64,000 bases of DNA from an uncultured Phycisphaerales bacterium (GCA_963772725.1 CAVYYI010000003.1:224001-288000); one strand, 5' to 3'; positions 50,513-62,102 are shown, numbered from the stretch's first letter. The notes: generated by a model from the sequence alone, not told the origin. Program-made: numbers and translations.

Positions 50513-52335
50513 ATGTATAACGAAAAGAAAATAAAAAAGTTCGATTGTATTGTAATAGGAGGCGGGCATGCCGGTATTGAGGCTGCGCACGCCTGCGCAA
50601 AACTTGGTGTCAAAACCGCGCTTATAACAATGGGTAAAGACACGATAGGCGCATGAGCTGCAATCCCGCGATTGGCGGTATCGGCAAGGGGCAAATTACA
50701 CGCGAGGTCGATGCTCTCGGTGGCCTTATGGGTTTAGCGATTGACGCAACCGGTATTCAGTTTCGCCTGCTGAATTATTCAAAAGGCCCCGCTGTGCAGT
50801 CCCCCCGCGCACAGGCCGACAAATACAGGTACGCCCAATGGATGTGCCAATATCTCGAAAATACTGAAAATCTCACCATCATTGAAAATATAGCAACAGA
50901 TATTATCGCTGAGGATAATATTGTCCGCAGGGTAATCTGCAAAAACGGCGATGCCTACAATACGCAGGCAGTTGTGGTAACAACGGGGACGTTTCTTCGG
51001 GGGCTGATTCATATAGGGCCGGAAAAATTTTCCGGCGGCAGAATCAATGAACCAGCCAGCAATGAGCTTTCAGATTCGCTCCTGCGATTAGGCCTGCAAC
51101 TCGGCCGTCTCAAAACCGGCACACCGCCCCGGCTTGATGCTTCCACTGTTGACTTCAAGAAGCTCGAAGCCCAGTACGGCGACCAAAGGCCGCTGCCCTT
51201 TTCATTTATGAATGAGCGCATCGAACAGCCGCAAATACCCTGCTGGATAACTTACACCAACGAGGCAATACATAAACTGCTCCTTGATAATCTCAACAGG
51301 GCGCCCGCTCTATACGGGACAGATCACCTCGGTCGGGCCGAGATATTGTCCGAGCATCGAAGTAAAAATAACGCGTTTTGCCGACAAGAAGCGTCACCAG
51401 GTTTTTCTCGAACCTGAAGACGCCCAAATTTCCACAATTTACTGCAACGGCATAAGTACCTCGCTGCCAGAGACATCCAGGAACGGATGCTGAAACTTCT
51501 GCCCGGCACGGAGAACGCACGCATTACCCGATATGCCTACGCCATTGAATATGATTATTGCCCGCCGGCACAATTGGATAGCTCCCTCGAAACAAAGAAA
51601 ATATCGGGCCTGTTTCTGGCGGGACAGATCAACGGTACGAGCGGCTACGAAGAGGCTGCGGGACAGGGTATCGTCGCGGGCATAAACGCCGCCATGAAAG
51701 TTCAGGGTAAAGAGCCGATGATTCTCGCAAGGGACCAGGCTTATATCGGCGTTATGATTGACGACCTGCTCACAAAGGGAATCGATGAGCCGTATCGGAT
51801 GTTCACATCGCGAGCGGAATACCGCCTTTCCCTGCGTTCAGATAACGCTGACAGACGTTTGACTCCTATCGGAAAACAAATCGGGCTTGTTGATAATGAC
51901 CGCTGGAATAAACTGCAAGATAAACTTGATAACATCGAAAAACTTAAAAATTATCTGTGCAATACCCGCTCAGCAGGTTTGAGTATTTGGGAGCAGATGC
52001 GCCAGCCTGAAAATACAATTGCACAAACACTTTCAGACAGGCCCGAAATTAAGGCGATGAATCTCAGCGAAGATGTGCTGCAGGCCGCCGTTATCGACGC
52101 CAAATACGACGGCTATTTAGCCAAACAGGAAAGGCTTGTCGCGAATTTTAGAAACCTTGAAAATAAGAAGATTCCCGCTGATATTGATTATGACGGTATT
52201 ATGCACCTCCGCGCGGAGGCAAGGCAGAGACTGTCGTCGTTTCGTCCCGGCACACTCGCCCAGGCCGCCCGGATAATAGGCATCACCCCCGCAGACATCA
52301 CCGTCATCCAGATTCACCTGAAAAAACACCATTAA
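50513..52335 (+). CDS. mnmG: tRNA uridine 5-carboxymethylaminomethyl modification enzyme MnmG/GidA (frameshifted)
   Basis: [64 protein letters not shown]. Confidence 0.95.
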
Positions 52336-52406
52336 TAAGAGCTGCGAATTCCCCCGCCTGACCCAAAGATAGTAATGTTTTGAAGATGACACACAGATGA
52401 ACAACG

Positions 52407-52661
52407 GATGAACTCAAAACCGAACACATAATGGCTCGCGTAACCATCTGTGATTACAGCAGATACAGCAATGTGTGAACACCAAACGTGCACCGAACGA
52501 GCATCAAACGAGCATCTATCGACACATTAAATAATGTTAATAATGATAAGAATGAAAAGAATGGTAATTGCAACCCTTCTTTTTCTTCTGAAAACAGATT
52601 TAAGACATTTGACCAGATGAAAATGAACAGCCGATTTACTCAAGCAAGTCGAGCAGTTTAG
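52407..52661 (+). pseudogene. Remnant of a phage replication initiator (linker region)
   Basis: Single frame RVTICDYSRYSNV*...RASIDTLNNVNNDKNEKNG with in-frame TGA at 52476. Confidence 0.5.
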
Positions 52662-52773
52662 AAAAGGCTGTTATTTCGATTATGCTGTGTTTGCAAATAT
52701 CTTGACATTTTATTTCTACCAAATTAAATTGCAGATAAAGAGTGCTGCATATTATTGCGAGAACTGAACAAAA

Positions 52774-53100
52774 ATGGAAAAGCCACAACTCAACGAATCG
52801 AAAGCGAATGAATATATCGGCAAAACTATTCTGCTCTGCATGAATTATCTTGACCATAATGAGAAACTTATAGAGCGGAAACAATGGTTTGGTGTTATTG
52901 AAACCTTTTCAAACAAAGAAGGAATTAGAATCCGTTTGAGTAATTCTGATTATACATACTGCTTACCCCCTCACCCAGGAGGCCTGCAAAAAGCCGAGCC
53001 TGGTATCTACAGGCTTAAATCAACTGGCGAAGAAATTGAAAATCCTGATTATATAGCGATATGGGATAAGATTGCACCAAAACCAAAGGGCAAGGAATAA
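52774..53100 (+). CDS. Hypothetical protein
   Basis: 108 aa low-GC ORF ending PGIYRLKSTGEEIENPDY. Confidence 0.65.
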   Translation: MEKPQLNESKANEYIGKTILLCMNYLDHNEKLIERKQWFGVIETFSNKEGIRIRLSNSDYTYCLPPHPGGLQKAEPGIYRLKSTGEEIENPDYIAIWDKIAPKPKGKE

Positions 53101-53102
53101 TA

Positions 53103-53603
53103 ATGAAATGGTTGTATAAACTATTTAATGCCGTTACACCAGAAGAACGAAGAGGAATTTACTTAGAAAATCCAAAATGGGAAGTTTCTCCCATTCGTGA
53201 TATGTCAGCTTTTCTCAGGGCATTAAATTATATACTACCGGAAGACCACGTAATTCACCTTGAGGGTGGAACTCCTGATGAAGAAATACGTTCTTTTCTT
53301 GAATCTCGAAAAGCTGTAAATACAATTAAAATTGAGATGGGAATAATTTGGCCTCGACCATTATGTTATCACATACCCTTTACTCACTCAAACATCAATG
53401 AACTGGCAGAGATAATGGAACGACATGCAACTCCTGAAGTAGCTGCTCATTTTCATATTTACAAAGATAATAAAATTATATTGCAATGGTATGACGCTTT
53501 CTATAATGAACCAATGTATTTTTCAGAAGATATTGCCGAAGAAAAAATCAAACAATTTTGTGAAAAGCTATCATTAAAATATAGACTTATCAAAGAAATC
53601 TAA
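53103..53603 (+). CDS. Hypothetical protein
   Basis: 166 aa low-GC ORF with aagga RBS, coupled to the previous ORF. Confidence 0.65.
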   Translation: MKWLYKLFNAVTPEERRGIYLENPKWEVSPIRDMSAFLRALNYILPEDHVIHLEGGTPDEEIRSFLESRKAVNTIKIEMGIIWPRPLCYHIPFTHSNINELAEIMERHATPEVAAHFHIYKDNKIILQWYDAFYNEPMYFSEDIAEEKIKQFCEKLSLKYRLIKEI

Positions 53604-53641
53604 CCAAAGTAAATGGGGGATTAGGTTCGATTTGCGGGTTA

Positions 53642-54734
53642 AAAATGGTATAATCAGGGAAATGATGAAAAAACTTTCTGACAATATTTATAATAAGCGG
53701 TTTAGGCAACTATCGAAAATTGTATTGGTCATATCAATTGTTCTATGTGTTGTTTTTTTATTCGTTTATGTCATTGAGCCGGATTTTTGCGCAGCTGTAA
53801 CTTTTTGGCCGGTTTATATATGGGCAATATTAGGAATATTTTTGTCTCTGGCAGCGATTGGTGTTGATAAAAAATGGCGTCTGATAGCCGCTATTTTTTG
53901 GATAATACTTGTTTGCTTTATCGCGGAAGAGCCGCTGAGCATTTTGAGAACCTGCATTTTTTCGGGGAAAAGTAAAGGTATTGATAAACGTAATTATCTG
54001 AGAATTACCTCACTTAATTGTGCAGGCGGCAATCCTGATGCAGCGGAAGAACTTTTTCAATATGCGCCGGATATAGTTCTCCTGCAGGAAAGCCCTGCAT
54101 CCAAAGACCTGGAAATTCTTGTTAAAAAACTTTTCCCCGATGGTGGAGAATTTGTCTTCGAAGGTGATACGGCCATACTCGCACGCGGACACGTAATAAA
54201 ATCCGCTGTTAATCGCGAAAATCGTTTGTTTATGACAGAGGCAACGGTTTCTTTGCCTTCTGGTCTTGCGATAGAAACACTCAGCGTTCACCTTACACCA
54301 CCTGCCACCGGCATAGATCTTTTTTCACTGGATTGCTGGCGTGAACACATTGAGGACAGGAAACATCGTATTAAACAAATCACCGTAATCAACGAGCAAC
54401 TTGAACCAATTGCTGATGATGTCTCCATAATAGTTGGCGGCGACTTTAACGCCAATCCCTGGCGAGGAGCAACAAAGATTCTCTCATCGCGACTTTACGA
54501 CACTTTCAAAAAAGGCGGCACTGGCTGGCCGGGAACAGGCCCATCGCATTTCCCATTATGGCGGGTTGACCAGATTTGGACGAGCAGACAATTCAAAACA
54601 GTCAATGTTCACAGTGAACACTGCAAAAATTCTGACCACCGCATTGTAATTTGCGATTTGGCACAATAGTTTGGATGAAAATGGTATAATCTGAAAAGCA
54701 ATGAAAAAGCTTTCTGACAATATTTATAATAAGC
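53642..54734 (+). repeat. Direct repeat pair (53642-53698 and 54678-54734) covering a promoter -10 box and the first 11 codons of two different genes
   Basis: aaaatggtataatc-N9-atgaaaaa(a/g)ctttctgacaatatttataataagc in both copies. Confidence 0.9.
53662..54669 (+). CDS. Endonuclease/exonuclease/phosphatase-family membrane protein
   Basis: Three N-terminal TM helices; DIVLLQE, VGGDFN, RVDQI, SDH. Confidence 0.88.
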   Translation: MMKKLSDNIYNKRFRQLSKIVLVISIVLCVVFLFVYVIEPDFCAAVTFWPVYIWAILGIFLSLAAIGVDKKWRLIAAIFWIILVCFIAEEPLSILRTCIFSGKSKGIDKRNYLRITSLNCAGGNPDAAEELFQYAPDIVLLQESPASKDLEILVKKLFPDGGEFVFEGDTAILARGHVIKSAVNRENRLFMTEATVSLPSGLAIETLSVHLTPPATGIDLFSLDCWREHIEDRKHRIKQITVINEQLEPIADDVSIIVGGDFNANPWRGATKILSSRLYDTFKKGGTGWPGTGPSHFPLWRVDQIWTSRQFKTVNVHSEHCKNSDHRIVICDLAQ

Positions 54735-55732
54735 AGGTTGGGCGGGATGAGCGGAAGTTTAAGGTTTGGACGTCGGCGGGGTTGATGCTGACTTATAAGT
54801 GCAACTGCCGGTGTGAATTCTGTTATTACAGGTGCGGGCCGGAAAAGGGCGGGGTGATGGCGGTTGATACGGCTATTAATGCGTGGCGGGGTTTGAAGAA
54901 TATCGCGGGCGATGAGGCTAAAATACATATCACGGGAGGCGAACCTTTTCTCTATTATGAACACCTTTTGGAAATTCTCAAGGCAGCGAAAAGGGAAAAT
55001 CTCGGCCTTATTGATTTAATCGAGACTAACGGTTTTTGGGCGGTTGATGATAAAATTATCGAGCGGCGATTAAAGGAGCTTGATGAGCTGGGGATGCAGC
55101 GGCTGAAAATAAGCTGCGACCCATTCCATCAGGAATATGTCGATATTGAGCTTGTACGCCGTTTGGCGGAGAGGGGCGCTTCGATACTGAGGCAAAATCG
55201 TGTAATAGTGCGGTGGGAAAAATATCTGGAGCAGAATGAAAAAATGAAATCGCTCAGTGAAGAGGAAAAATTTTCCCGATATATCTTGTCAGTGAAAGAT
55301 TACCCGTGCCGCTTCACAGGCCGCGCCGCTGGCAAACTCGCTGAACTTATAGCCGCGAAACCATTGGAATATTTTAAAGGCGTTAATTGCGGCTCATCAT
55401 TCCTGGCCGCCAAAGGCGTTCATATCGACCCGCTGGGTAACATTTTCAGCGGGACATGCAGCGGGATTATTGTGGGGAACGTAAACCAGACGCCGCTTGA
55501 TGCAGTCTGGCAGGATTTTCAGCCGATGAATAATAAGGTCATGGAGACTCTGTTTAATTTTGGCCCAGCTGGGTTAGCAGAATACGCAGTTAAGTTTGGT
55601 TATAAAGCCCAAAAGAGCTATGCGAGCAAGTGTCATCTCTGCACGAGTGTTCGCCAGTTCCTGTTTGAAAACAATTTTGACAGGACAGCTTTAGGTCCGG
55701 CGGAATGTTATATCGAATCCTCCCGGCACTAA
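54701..55732 (+). CDS. Radical SAM protein with C-terminal Cys-rich (SPASM-like) domain
   Basis: [23 protein letters not shown]...C...CHLC. Confidence 0.85.
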   Translation: MKKLSDNIYNKQVGRDERKFKVWTSAGLMLTYKCNCRCEFCYYRCGPEKGGVMAVDTAINAWRGLKNIAGDEAKIHITGGEPFLYYEHLLEILKAAKRENLGLIDLIETNGFWAVDDKIIERRLKELDELGMQRLKISCDPFHQEYVDIELVRRLAERGASILRQNRVIVRWEKYLEQNEKMKSLSEEEKFSRYILSVKDYPCRFTGRAAGKLAELIAAKPLEYFKGVNCGSSFLAAKGVHIDPLGNIFSGTCSGIIVGNVNQTPLDAVWQDFQPMNNKVMETLFNFGPAGLAEYAVKFGYKAQKSYASKCHLCTSVRQFLFENNFDRTALGPAECYIESSRH

Positions 55733-55859
55733 ACCAAATTTTTCACCGCAGTTAGCCGGCCTGGGTTGATGTTTGTTAGGATTTGATTTGACTTATGCCT
55801 ACATTACTTAAATAATACCTTTTTTTAGCTTGGAAATTATTTTGAAAGGAAAAAAGGCA

Positions 55860-56798
55860 GTGAATAATAACATACTTGTAACAGGCGGCGCTGGATATAT
55901 AGGCTCAGTACTTGTGCCGGAACTTTTGAAAATCGGCCACAAAGTCACCGTGCTGGATAATTTTATGTTTGGCCAGAATTCCCTGCTCGAATGCTGCTGT
56001 GCCGACAATTTCAGGATTGTTCGCGGTGATGTACGCGATAAGGCTCTGGTCGCGGAACTGGTTAAGGGTAAAGAGGTTATAATTCCTCTGGCAGCTCTTG
56101 TCGGTGCACCGTTATGCGACCGTGACAGAATCGGCGCACAAACCATAAACAGTGATGCTATAAAAACTCTCACTGAATTACTGTCTAAGGAGCAGCGAAT
56201 TATTATTCCAATTACCAACAGCGGCTATGGAATCGGGCAGAAAGGGATATTCTGTACCGAAGAGACGCCGCTTAATCCTATTTCACTCTATGGCAAAGTA
56301 AAGATGGAGGCGGAAAAGGCTGTGCTTGACAGGGGAAATGCCGTTAGCCTCCGCCTTGCCACTGTTTTCGGCGCAAGCCCCCGAATGCGTCTCAACCTGC
56401 TCGTCAATGATTTTACCTATCGCGCCGTCAAAGACCGTTTTGTCGTAGTCTTCGAGGGACATTTCAAAAGAAATTACCTGCATATCCGTGATGTCGCCAG
56501 AGCTTTTATTCACGTTATGGACAACTTCGAAAAAATGAAAAATCAGCCTTATAACGTAGGACTTTCTGACGCAAATCTTTCAAAGCTTGAGCTTTGTGAA
56601 AAAATCAATCAGCAGTTGCCGAAGTTTGTGTATCTTGAGGCATTGGTGGGCGAAGACCCAGACAAGAGAGACTATATTGTTTCAAACGAAAAAATAGAAA
56701 AAACCGGCTTTAAGCCGAAATTCTCCATCGAAATGGGCATCCGTGAATTGATAAAGGCCTATACAATTATTAACAACAGCAAATACAGCAATGTATAA
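55860..56798 (+). CDS. NAD-dependent epimerase/dehydratase
   Basis: [14 protein letters not shown] (YxxxK), LRLATVFG. Confidence 0.9.
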   Translation: MNNNILVTGGAGYIGSVLVPELLKIGHKVTVLDNFMFGQNSLLECCCADNFRIVRGDVRDKALVAELVKGKEVIIPLAALVGAPLCDRDRIGAQTINSDAIKTLTELLSKEQRIIIPITNSGYGIGQKGIFCTEETPLNPISLYGKVKMEAEKAVLDRGNAVSLRLATVFGASPRMRLNLLVNDFTYRAVKDRFVVVFEGHFKRNYLHIRDVARAFIHVMDNFEKMKNQPYNVGLSDANLSKLELCEKINQQLPKFVYLEALVGEDPDKRDYIVSNEKIEKTGFKPKFSIEMGIRELIKAYTIINNSKYSNV

Positions 56799-57732
56799 AG
56801 ATTCGAAAATTTATGTTGCCGGCCACAGCGGTCTTTTAGGTTCCGCTTTAATTGTGAAATTAGCGGAATACGGGTACTCCAACGTAATTACGAGAACGCA
56901 CGATGCCCTTGAACTGACAGACAAAAAAGCTGTTTTTGATTTTTTTTCAGCGGAAAAACCGGATTATGTTTTTCTCGCCGCCGGCAAAGTCGGCGGAATT
57001 GTAAGTAATAAGACCGCGCCAGCCGATTATCTTCACGAAAATATCGCTATTCAGGATACTTTTTTTGAAGCTGCTCAGAGATTCGATGTCAAGCACATTG
57101 TTTTTTACGGTTCATCATGCAGTTACCCCAAAAATTGTCCTCAGCCTATAAAGGAAGAATACTTTCTTACGGGGCCAATTGAGCAGACAAGTCAGGCTTA
57201 CGCGGCGGCCAAAATAGCCGGGATTATTGCATGCCAGGCATATAATCAGCAGTATGGCACAAATAGGTTTATTTCACTGATTCCCAATTCTATTTATGGT
57301 CCCAACGACAATTTTGACCTCCAAAACTCACATGTGCTTTCCGCTCTAATCAGGAAATTTCATGAGGCAAAAATCAGCAATGCTTCAAATGTAACTTTAT
57401 GGGGCAGCGGAAAACCGAGAAGGGAATTTATTTTCTCTGAAGATGTTGCAGAGGCATCCATATTCGCTATTATTAATAGCGGTAAACTTTTGAATACTCA
57501 TTACAATGCAGGTACCGGCACAGATTGCTCTATCAAAGAACTTGCGAAAATAATCGCGGGTATTGTCGGCTACAATGGCGATATAAAATGGGACACCAGT
57601 AAGCCTGACGGAACAGCCAGAAAGCTGCTGGACAGTTCAAAATTTCTGTCTCTCGGCTGGAAACCTGTCGTGGGGCTAAAAGAGGGTTTGAAAATAACTT
57701 ATCAGTGGTATCTCAAAAAATTTAATAACTGA
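56791..57732 (+). CDS. fcl: GDP-L-fucose synthase-like epimerase/reductase
   Basis: AGKVGGI, SSCSYP, YAAAK, YGPNDNF, SHVLSAL, WGSG.P.REF, KPDG. Confidence 0.85.
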   Translation: MYKDSKIYVAGHSGLLGSALIVKLAEYGYSNVITRTHDALELTDKKAVFDFFSAEKPDYVFLAAGKVGGIVSNKTAPADYLHENIAIQDTFFEAAQRFDVKHIVFYGSSCSYPKNCPQPIKEEYFLTGPIEQTSQAYAAAKIAGIIACQAYNQQYGTNRFISLIPNSIYGPNDNFDLQNSHVLSALIRKFHEAKISNASNVTLWGSGKPRREFIFSEDVAEASIFAIINSGKLLNTHYNAGTGTDCSIKELAKIIAGIVGYNGDIKWDTSKPDGTARKLLDSSKFLSLGWKPVVGLKEGLKITYQWYLKKFNN

Positions 57733-57747
57733 CAGATAGTTTGCTTT

Positions 57748-58470
57748 ATGCATAAAATTTCCGATATTACTGCTGTTATTCTGGCCGGCGGCAAAGGCAC
57801 TCGCCTTCGTTCGGTGGTTTCAGACAAACCCAAAGTTATGGCGGAAATATCCGGCAAACCTTTTCTGGCCTATCTTCTTGACCAATTGCAGTCCGCTGGA
57901 CTGCGAAAAGTCATTTTATGCACGGGTTATATGGCCGAAAAAATTGAAAACCACTTCGGGGATTCTTACGGCTCTCTAAAGCTTGTTTATTCAAAGGAAG
58001 AGCAGCCTCTCGGAACGGGAGGGGCTGTGAGATTTGCTTTACCTTTGCTTTCCGAGACGGTTATGGTGATGAATGGCGACTCGTACATAGATGCGAACCT
58101 TTCCGAATACGCAAAATGGTTTTTAGATAAGGATTCCGATGCCGCATTACTTTTGGCAAGTGTAACTGATATAAGCCGTTATGGAAAAGTTTGCATAAAT
58201 AATGATAATACTATTGCGTCATTTGAGGAAAAATGTAATAATACCAGCCAAGGCTGGATAAACGCTGGGGTATATCTGATGAAGAAATTTTTGATTTCTT
58301 CGATACCGGCGGGGAAATTTTATTCGCTGGAACAAGATTTGTTCCCTGATTTGGCGGGAAAAAAACTTTTTGGATTTTGTTGCGGCGGTCGATTTATAGA
58401 TATCGGGACTCCGCAGTCTTACGGCGAAGCAGAAGAGTTTTTTGCGAATGTTAATGTAAGGATGCATTAA
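57748..58470 (+). CDS. HddC-like heptose-1-phosphate guanylyltransferase (nucleotidyltransferase)
   Basis: LAGGKGTRL, PLGTGGA, NGDS, INAGVY, FIDIGTP; next to HddA-like kinase. Confidence 0.82.
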   Translation: MHKISDITAVILAGGKGTRLRSVVSDKPKVMAEISGKPFLAYLLDQLQSAGLRKVILCTGYMAEKIENHFGDSYGSLKLVYSKEEQPLGTGGAVRFALPLLSETVMVMNGDSYIDANLSEYAKWFLDKDSDAALLLASVTDISRYGKVCINNDNTIASFEEKCNNTSQGWINAGVYLMKKFLISSIPAGKFYSLEQDLFPDLAGKKLFGFCCGGRFIDIGTPQSYGEAEEFFANVNVRMH

Positions 58471-58472
58471 AA

Positions 58473-59603
58473 ATGATTATAAACAGAACACCTTTCAGAT
58501 TATCTTTTTTCGGCGGGGGTACGGACTATCCTTCCTGGTATCTTAAATATGGCGGCTGTGTGGTAAGCGCTTCAATTGATAAATACTGCTATATAAGCTG
58601 CAGAGCACTGCCTCCTTTTTTCGAGCATAAAATCAGAATCGTCTATTCAAAAATGGAGACCTGCCATAATGTCGATGAAATCCAGCATCCCGCTGTCAGG
58701 GAGACCCTTAGATTTATGAAGATTGAAGAGGGTCTTGAAATTCATCATGACGGTGATTTGCCCGCAAGAAGCGGTATGGGGTCGAGCTCTTCGTTCACAG
58801 TCGGTCTTTTGCACACTCTTTATGCTCACAAGGGAATTATGCCGAGCAAGAAGCGGCTCGCAACCGAAAGTATTCACATAGAACAGAATATGATTAAAGA
58901 AACGGTTGGTTCGCAGGACCAGGTATGTGCTGCTTATGGCGGATTGAATAGAATTAATTTTGCCGCAAACGGAGAAATCTCTGTTCAGCCGATTATTATG
59001 CCTGTCGAACGAATGCTGGAGCTTAATTCGCATTTAATGCTCTTCTTTACAGGCATAAATCGCACCGCCTCCGAGGTGGCCAAAGGTTATGTGGATAATA
59101 TCGCAGATAAATCCAAACAGCTGCGAAATATGCAGGGAATGGTTGATGAAAGTATTAATATTCTTAAAAGCGACGCTCCGATTTGCGAATTCGGGGAACT
59201 GCTGCATGAAACATGGATGCTTAAAAAAAGCCTCAGTTCTGAAGTCTCAAACAGTCACGTTGACGAACTTTATGATAATGCGAGAAAAGCCGGCGCGATA
59301 GGCGGTAAGATTACCGGGGCGGGCGGAGGGGGCTTCCTTTTGCTTTTCGTACCGCCGTCTTTTCAGAAAAAAGTCAGAGAGTCGCTTTGCAGTCAGCTTT
59401 ATGTGCCATTTCGTTTTGAATCCAGCGGCAGCCAGATAATTTTTTATGAGCCGGAGCGCGAGGATTACAGCGAAATCTTAAAAGACAGAGCTGCCAGAAC
59501 CATACATTCGTTTAGGGAACTGGATTCTGTTAAAAAGCTGAATAAGAAAGCTGGTATGCCTTTTGCGGACAAATATAAAGAGAATGTGGAATCTGCTCTA
59601 TGA
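58473..59603 (+). CDS. HddA-like GHMP kinase (D-glycero-D-manno-heptose 7-phosphate kinase)
   Basis: PFRLSFFGGGTD, SGMGSSS, GSQDQ, GGKITGAGGGG. Confidence 0.88.
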   Translation: MIINRTPFRLSFFGGGTDYPSWYLKYGGCVVSASIDKYCYISCRALPPFFEHKIRIVYSKMETCHNVDEIQHPAVRETLRFMKIEEGLEIHHDGDLPARSGMGSSSSFTVGLLHTLYAHKGIMPSKKRLATESIHIEQNMIKETVGSQDQVCAAYGGLNRINFAANGEISVQPIIMPVERMLELNSHLMLFFTGINRTASEVAKGYVDNIADKSKQLRNMQGMVDESINILKSDAPICEFGELLHETWMLKKSLSSEVSNSHVDELYDNARKAGAIGGKITGAGGGGFLLLFVPPSFQKKVRESLCSQLYVPFRFESSGSQIIFYEPEREDYSEILKDRAARTIHSFRELDSVKKLNKKAGMPFADKYKENVESAL

Positions 59604-60415
59604 CGTCTTTGGAAAAGCTCAAGCAAAAGGTTAAATGGGTCAAAAGAGAAACTTTGAAACTGCACAAGCTGGCGCCTGAAACGCGGCTTGCTTCTTCATT
59701 ATCCGACATAGAAATATTTGTGGCGTTGTACTATGGCAGTATTTTATCCTTCGATTCCAGCAATGCCGGTTCAGAAAAGAGGGACCGCTTAATTGTCAGC
59801 AAGGGACACGGTGCCGTTTGTTTATATCCCATCCTTGCCGATTTGAATTTCTTCAGCAGGGACGAACTCCAGAAAATCGGCTCGAAGGACTCATTTTTAT
59901 GTGTGATACCGGATACGGGCGTGCCCGGTTTTGAAACCATAAATGGTTCTCTTGGCCTGGGACTCGGTGTTGCCTGCGGTATGGCGATTGCCCTGAAGAG
60001 AAAAAAATCGGATAGAAAAGTCTTTATTCTATGCGGTGACGGCGAACTGAATTGCGGTGTGCTATGGGAGGCTGTGATGTTCGCGGCCTTTCATAAGCTG
60101 AATAATCTTATTCTGATAATCGACAATAACAAATTGTCAATGCTTGGTTTTCAGAAAGATATTCTCGGCCTGGAGCCTCTCGATAAAAAGTTCAGGGCTT
60201 TCGGCTGGAAAACCAGGAGCGTCGATGGTCATAATATCGGAAAGCTGCTTACCGCGTTAAACGCCCTGAAAAATGATAAAAGTGATATGCCCGGAGTCCT
60301 GATAGCAGATACTCGCAAAGGAAACGGAATTCCGCAGTTGGAAAATGACCCTCTTTGTCATATCAAATCCTTAAAACCCCAAGAGGTGGATAAAATACTC
60401 GAGAGCTGGAAATGA
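59600..60415 (+). CDS. Transketolase-like protein, N-terminal (TPP-binding) subunit
   Basis: DRLIVSKGH, GSLGLG, GDGE...DNN, VDGH, KG.G. Confidence 0.88.
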   Translation: MTSLEKLKQKVKWVKRETLKLHKLAPETRLASSLSDIEIFVALYYGSILSFDSSNAGSEKRDRLIVSKGHGAVCLYPILADLNFFSRDELQKIGSKDSFLCVIPDTGVPGFETINGSLGLGLGVACGMAIALKRKKSDRKVFILCGDGELNCGVLWEAVMFAAFHKLNNLILIIDNNKLSMLGFQKDILGLEPLDKKFRAFGWKTRSVDGHNIGKLLTALNALKNDKSDMPGVLIADTRKGNGIPQLENDPLCHIKSLKPQEVDKILESWK

Positions 60416-61356
60416 ATAAAACGGATTCTAAAACAATGAGAGATGCCCTCATAGAGCAGGTTTATAATGCGATGGGCAGCAACAACAGGATTTTTTTCCT
60501 TTCCGCCGACATGGTGCTCCTGCGTTTGATAAACTCCGGCGGGACTTTGGTGACAGATTTATAAATACGGGTATCGCTGAACAGAACCTTATAAATGTCG
60601 CTACCGGCCTTGCGCTGGAGGGCTTCACTGTATATGCCTACGCGATAGCCTGTTTTTTAACAATGTGCGCTTATGAGCAGATACGAATCAACTTGTGCTG
60701 TCATCTCAATACAGGAATATCAATGTAAATCTAATAGGTGTCGGCGGGGGTGTGAGTTATGATATGGCAGGGCCGAGTCATCACTGCCTCGAAGATCTTT
60801 CCATAATCAGGACGCTGCCGAATATTATGCTGTGGCTCCTGCCGACTCGATTACGGCGGAAAAATTCGTTGAATTTTCGGTTCGCACGGAAAAGCCAAAA
60901 TATATCAGGCTTGACGGAAAGGCTTTGCCCCAGATATACGGCAGGGAAACCGATTTTGACTGGCAAAAGGGTTTTTGGCAATTGGCCGACGGAGATGATA
61001 TTTGTCTTGTCTCTACCGGCAGCATGACTCATAAAGCGTTGAAAGTTTCGCAGGAGGTTCGCAAAACAAATAAAAATATCGGTGTAATCGATGTTTTTAT
61101 GCTCAAGCCTGTCGATGAAAATCTTCTTTTTGACGCTCTCAGGAAATATAAAACCGTTATTACGCTCGAGGAGGCCTTCATAAATAAAGGTGGACTTGAC
61201 TGCCTCGTATCCAATATAATCACAAAAAGAAACGCTGATATACGTCTGAAGAGATTCGGCTTTGAAGATAATTACGTTTTCAAATCAGGCGGCAGGGAGT
61301 TCTTGGCTGAGACAAACAATTTTGGTGAAAAGGACATCATAAACGCGGTTATATAG
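60412..61356 (+). CDS. Transketolase-like protein, C-terminal subunit (frameshifted)
   Basis: MRDA, GIAEQNL, YEQIR, GPSHH..ED, YIRL, KP.D, EEAF..GG across frames; ATGA overlap with the upstream gene. Confidence 0.85.
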
Positions 61357-61397
61357 CAATATAAAGCAAGGCAGATACCTTGGCAAGGAAGCTCAAA

Positions 61398-62102
61398 ATG
61401 AAAGTGACTTTAATTATACCAACTCTGAATGAAATTGACGGCATGAAAGCCGTAATGCCTAAAATAAAAAAAGAATGGTACGACCAGTTGATTATTCTTG
61501 ACGGCGGTTCGACGGACGGAACTATTGAATACGCCATGCAGCAGGGATATTTTGTATATGTTCAGAAAAAACGCGGCTTTCGAAACGCGTACAATGAGGT
61601 TTTGCCTTATATTGAAGGAGATGTTGTAATTACGTTCAGTCCCGATGGCAACAGCGTTGCCGAACTGATACCTGAACTGGCAGCAAAAATGAAAGATGGT
61701 TATGATATGGTTATAGCTTCTCGTTATTTGGGCAATGCTAAAAGTCATGATGACGACTTTATAACTTCATTTGGAAATTGGCTTTTTACAAAGACGGTCA
61801 ACATTCTGCACCACGCGAATTATACGGATGCTATGGTAATATTCCGAGCGTATAAGACCGACTTGATTTATGATTTGGAACTGCAAAAGGACGAAGGGTA
61901 CAGGATGGCGGAGAAACTGTTCAATACGCACATCAGTTGGGAGCCTTTGCTTTCAGTAAGGGCGGCTAAAAGGAAATTTAACGTGACCGAAATTCCCGGC
62001 GATGAACCTGAAAGGATAGGCGGCGAGCGAAAACTGAGAATCTTCAAATGGGGCGCAGCTTATTATTTTCAGTTTATTAGAGAGAAGTTTTGCTGGCGGT
62101 AA
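61398..62102 (+). CDS. Family 2 glycosyltransferase (DPM1-like)
   Basis: IIPTLNE, DGGSTDGT, DMVIASR. Confidence 0.88.
   Translation: MKVTLIIPTLNEIDGMKAVMPKIKKEWYDQLIILDGGSTDGTIEYAMQQGYFVYVQKKRGFRNAYNEVLPYIEGDVVITFSPDGNSVAELIPELAAKMKDGYDMVIASRYLGNAKSHDDDFITSFGNWLFTKTVNILHHANYTDAMVIFRAYKTDLIYDLELQKDEGYRMAEKLFNTHISWEPLLSVRAAKRKFNVTEIPGDEPERIGGERKLRIFKWGAAYYFQFIREKFCWR

Noticed and set aside
42186..52335. Frameshifts in pth, rplY, prs, padR, PPIase, hicB and mnmG as programmed frameshifting or pseudogenisation
   Set aside because: Scattered indels in essential genes with otherwise intact motifs fit sequencing or consensus error; no consistent slippery site seen
52476..52478. In-frame TGA as selenocysteine or recoding
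   Set aside because: No evident SECIS hairpin or redox motif; all other genes use TGA as stop, so decay is the simpler explanation
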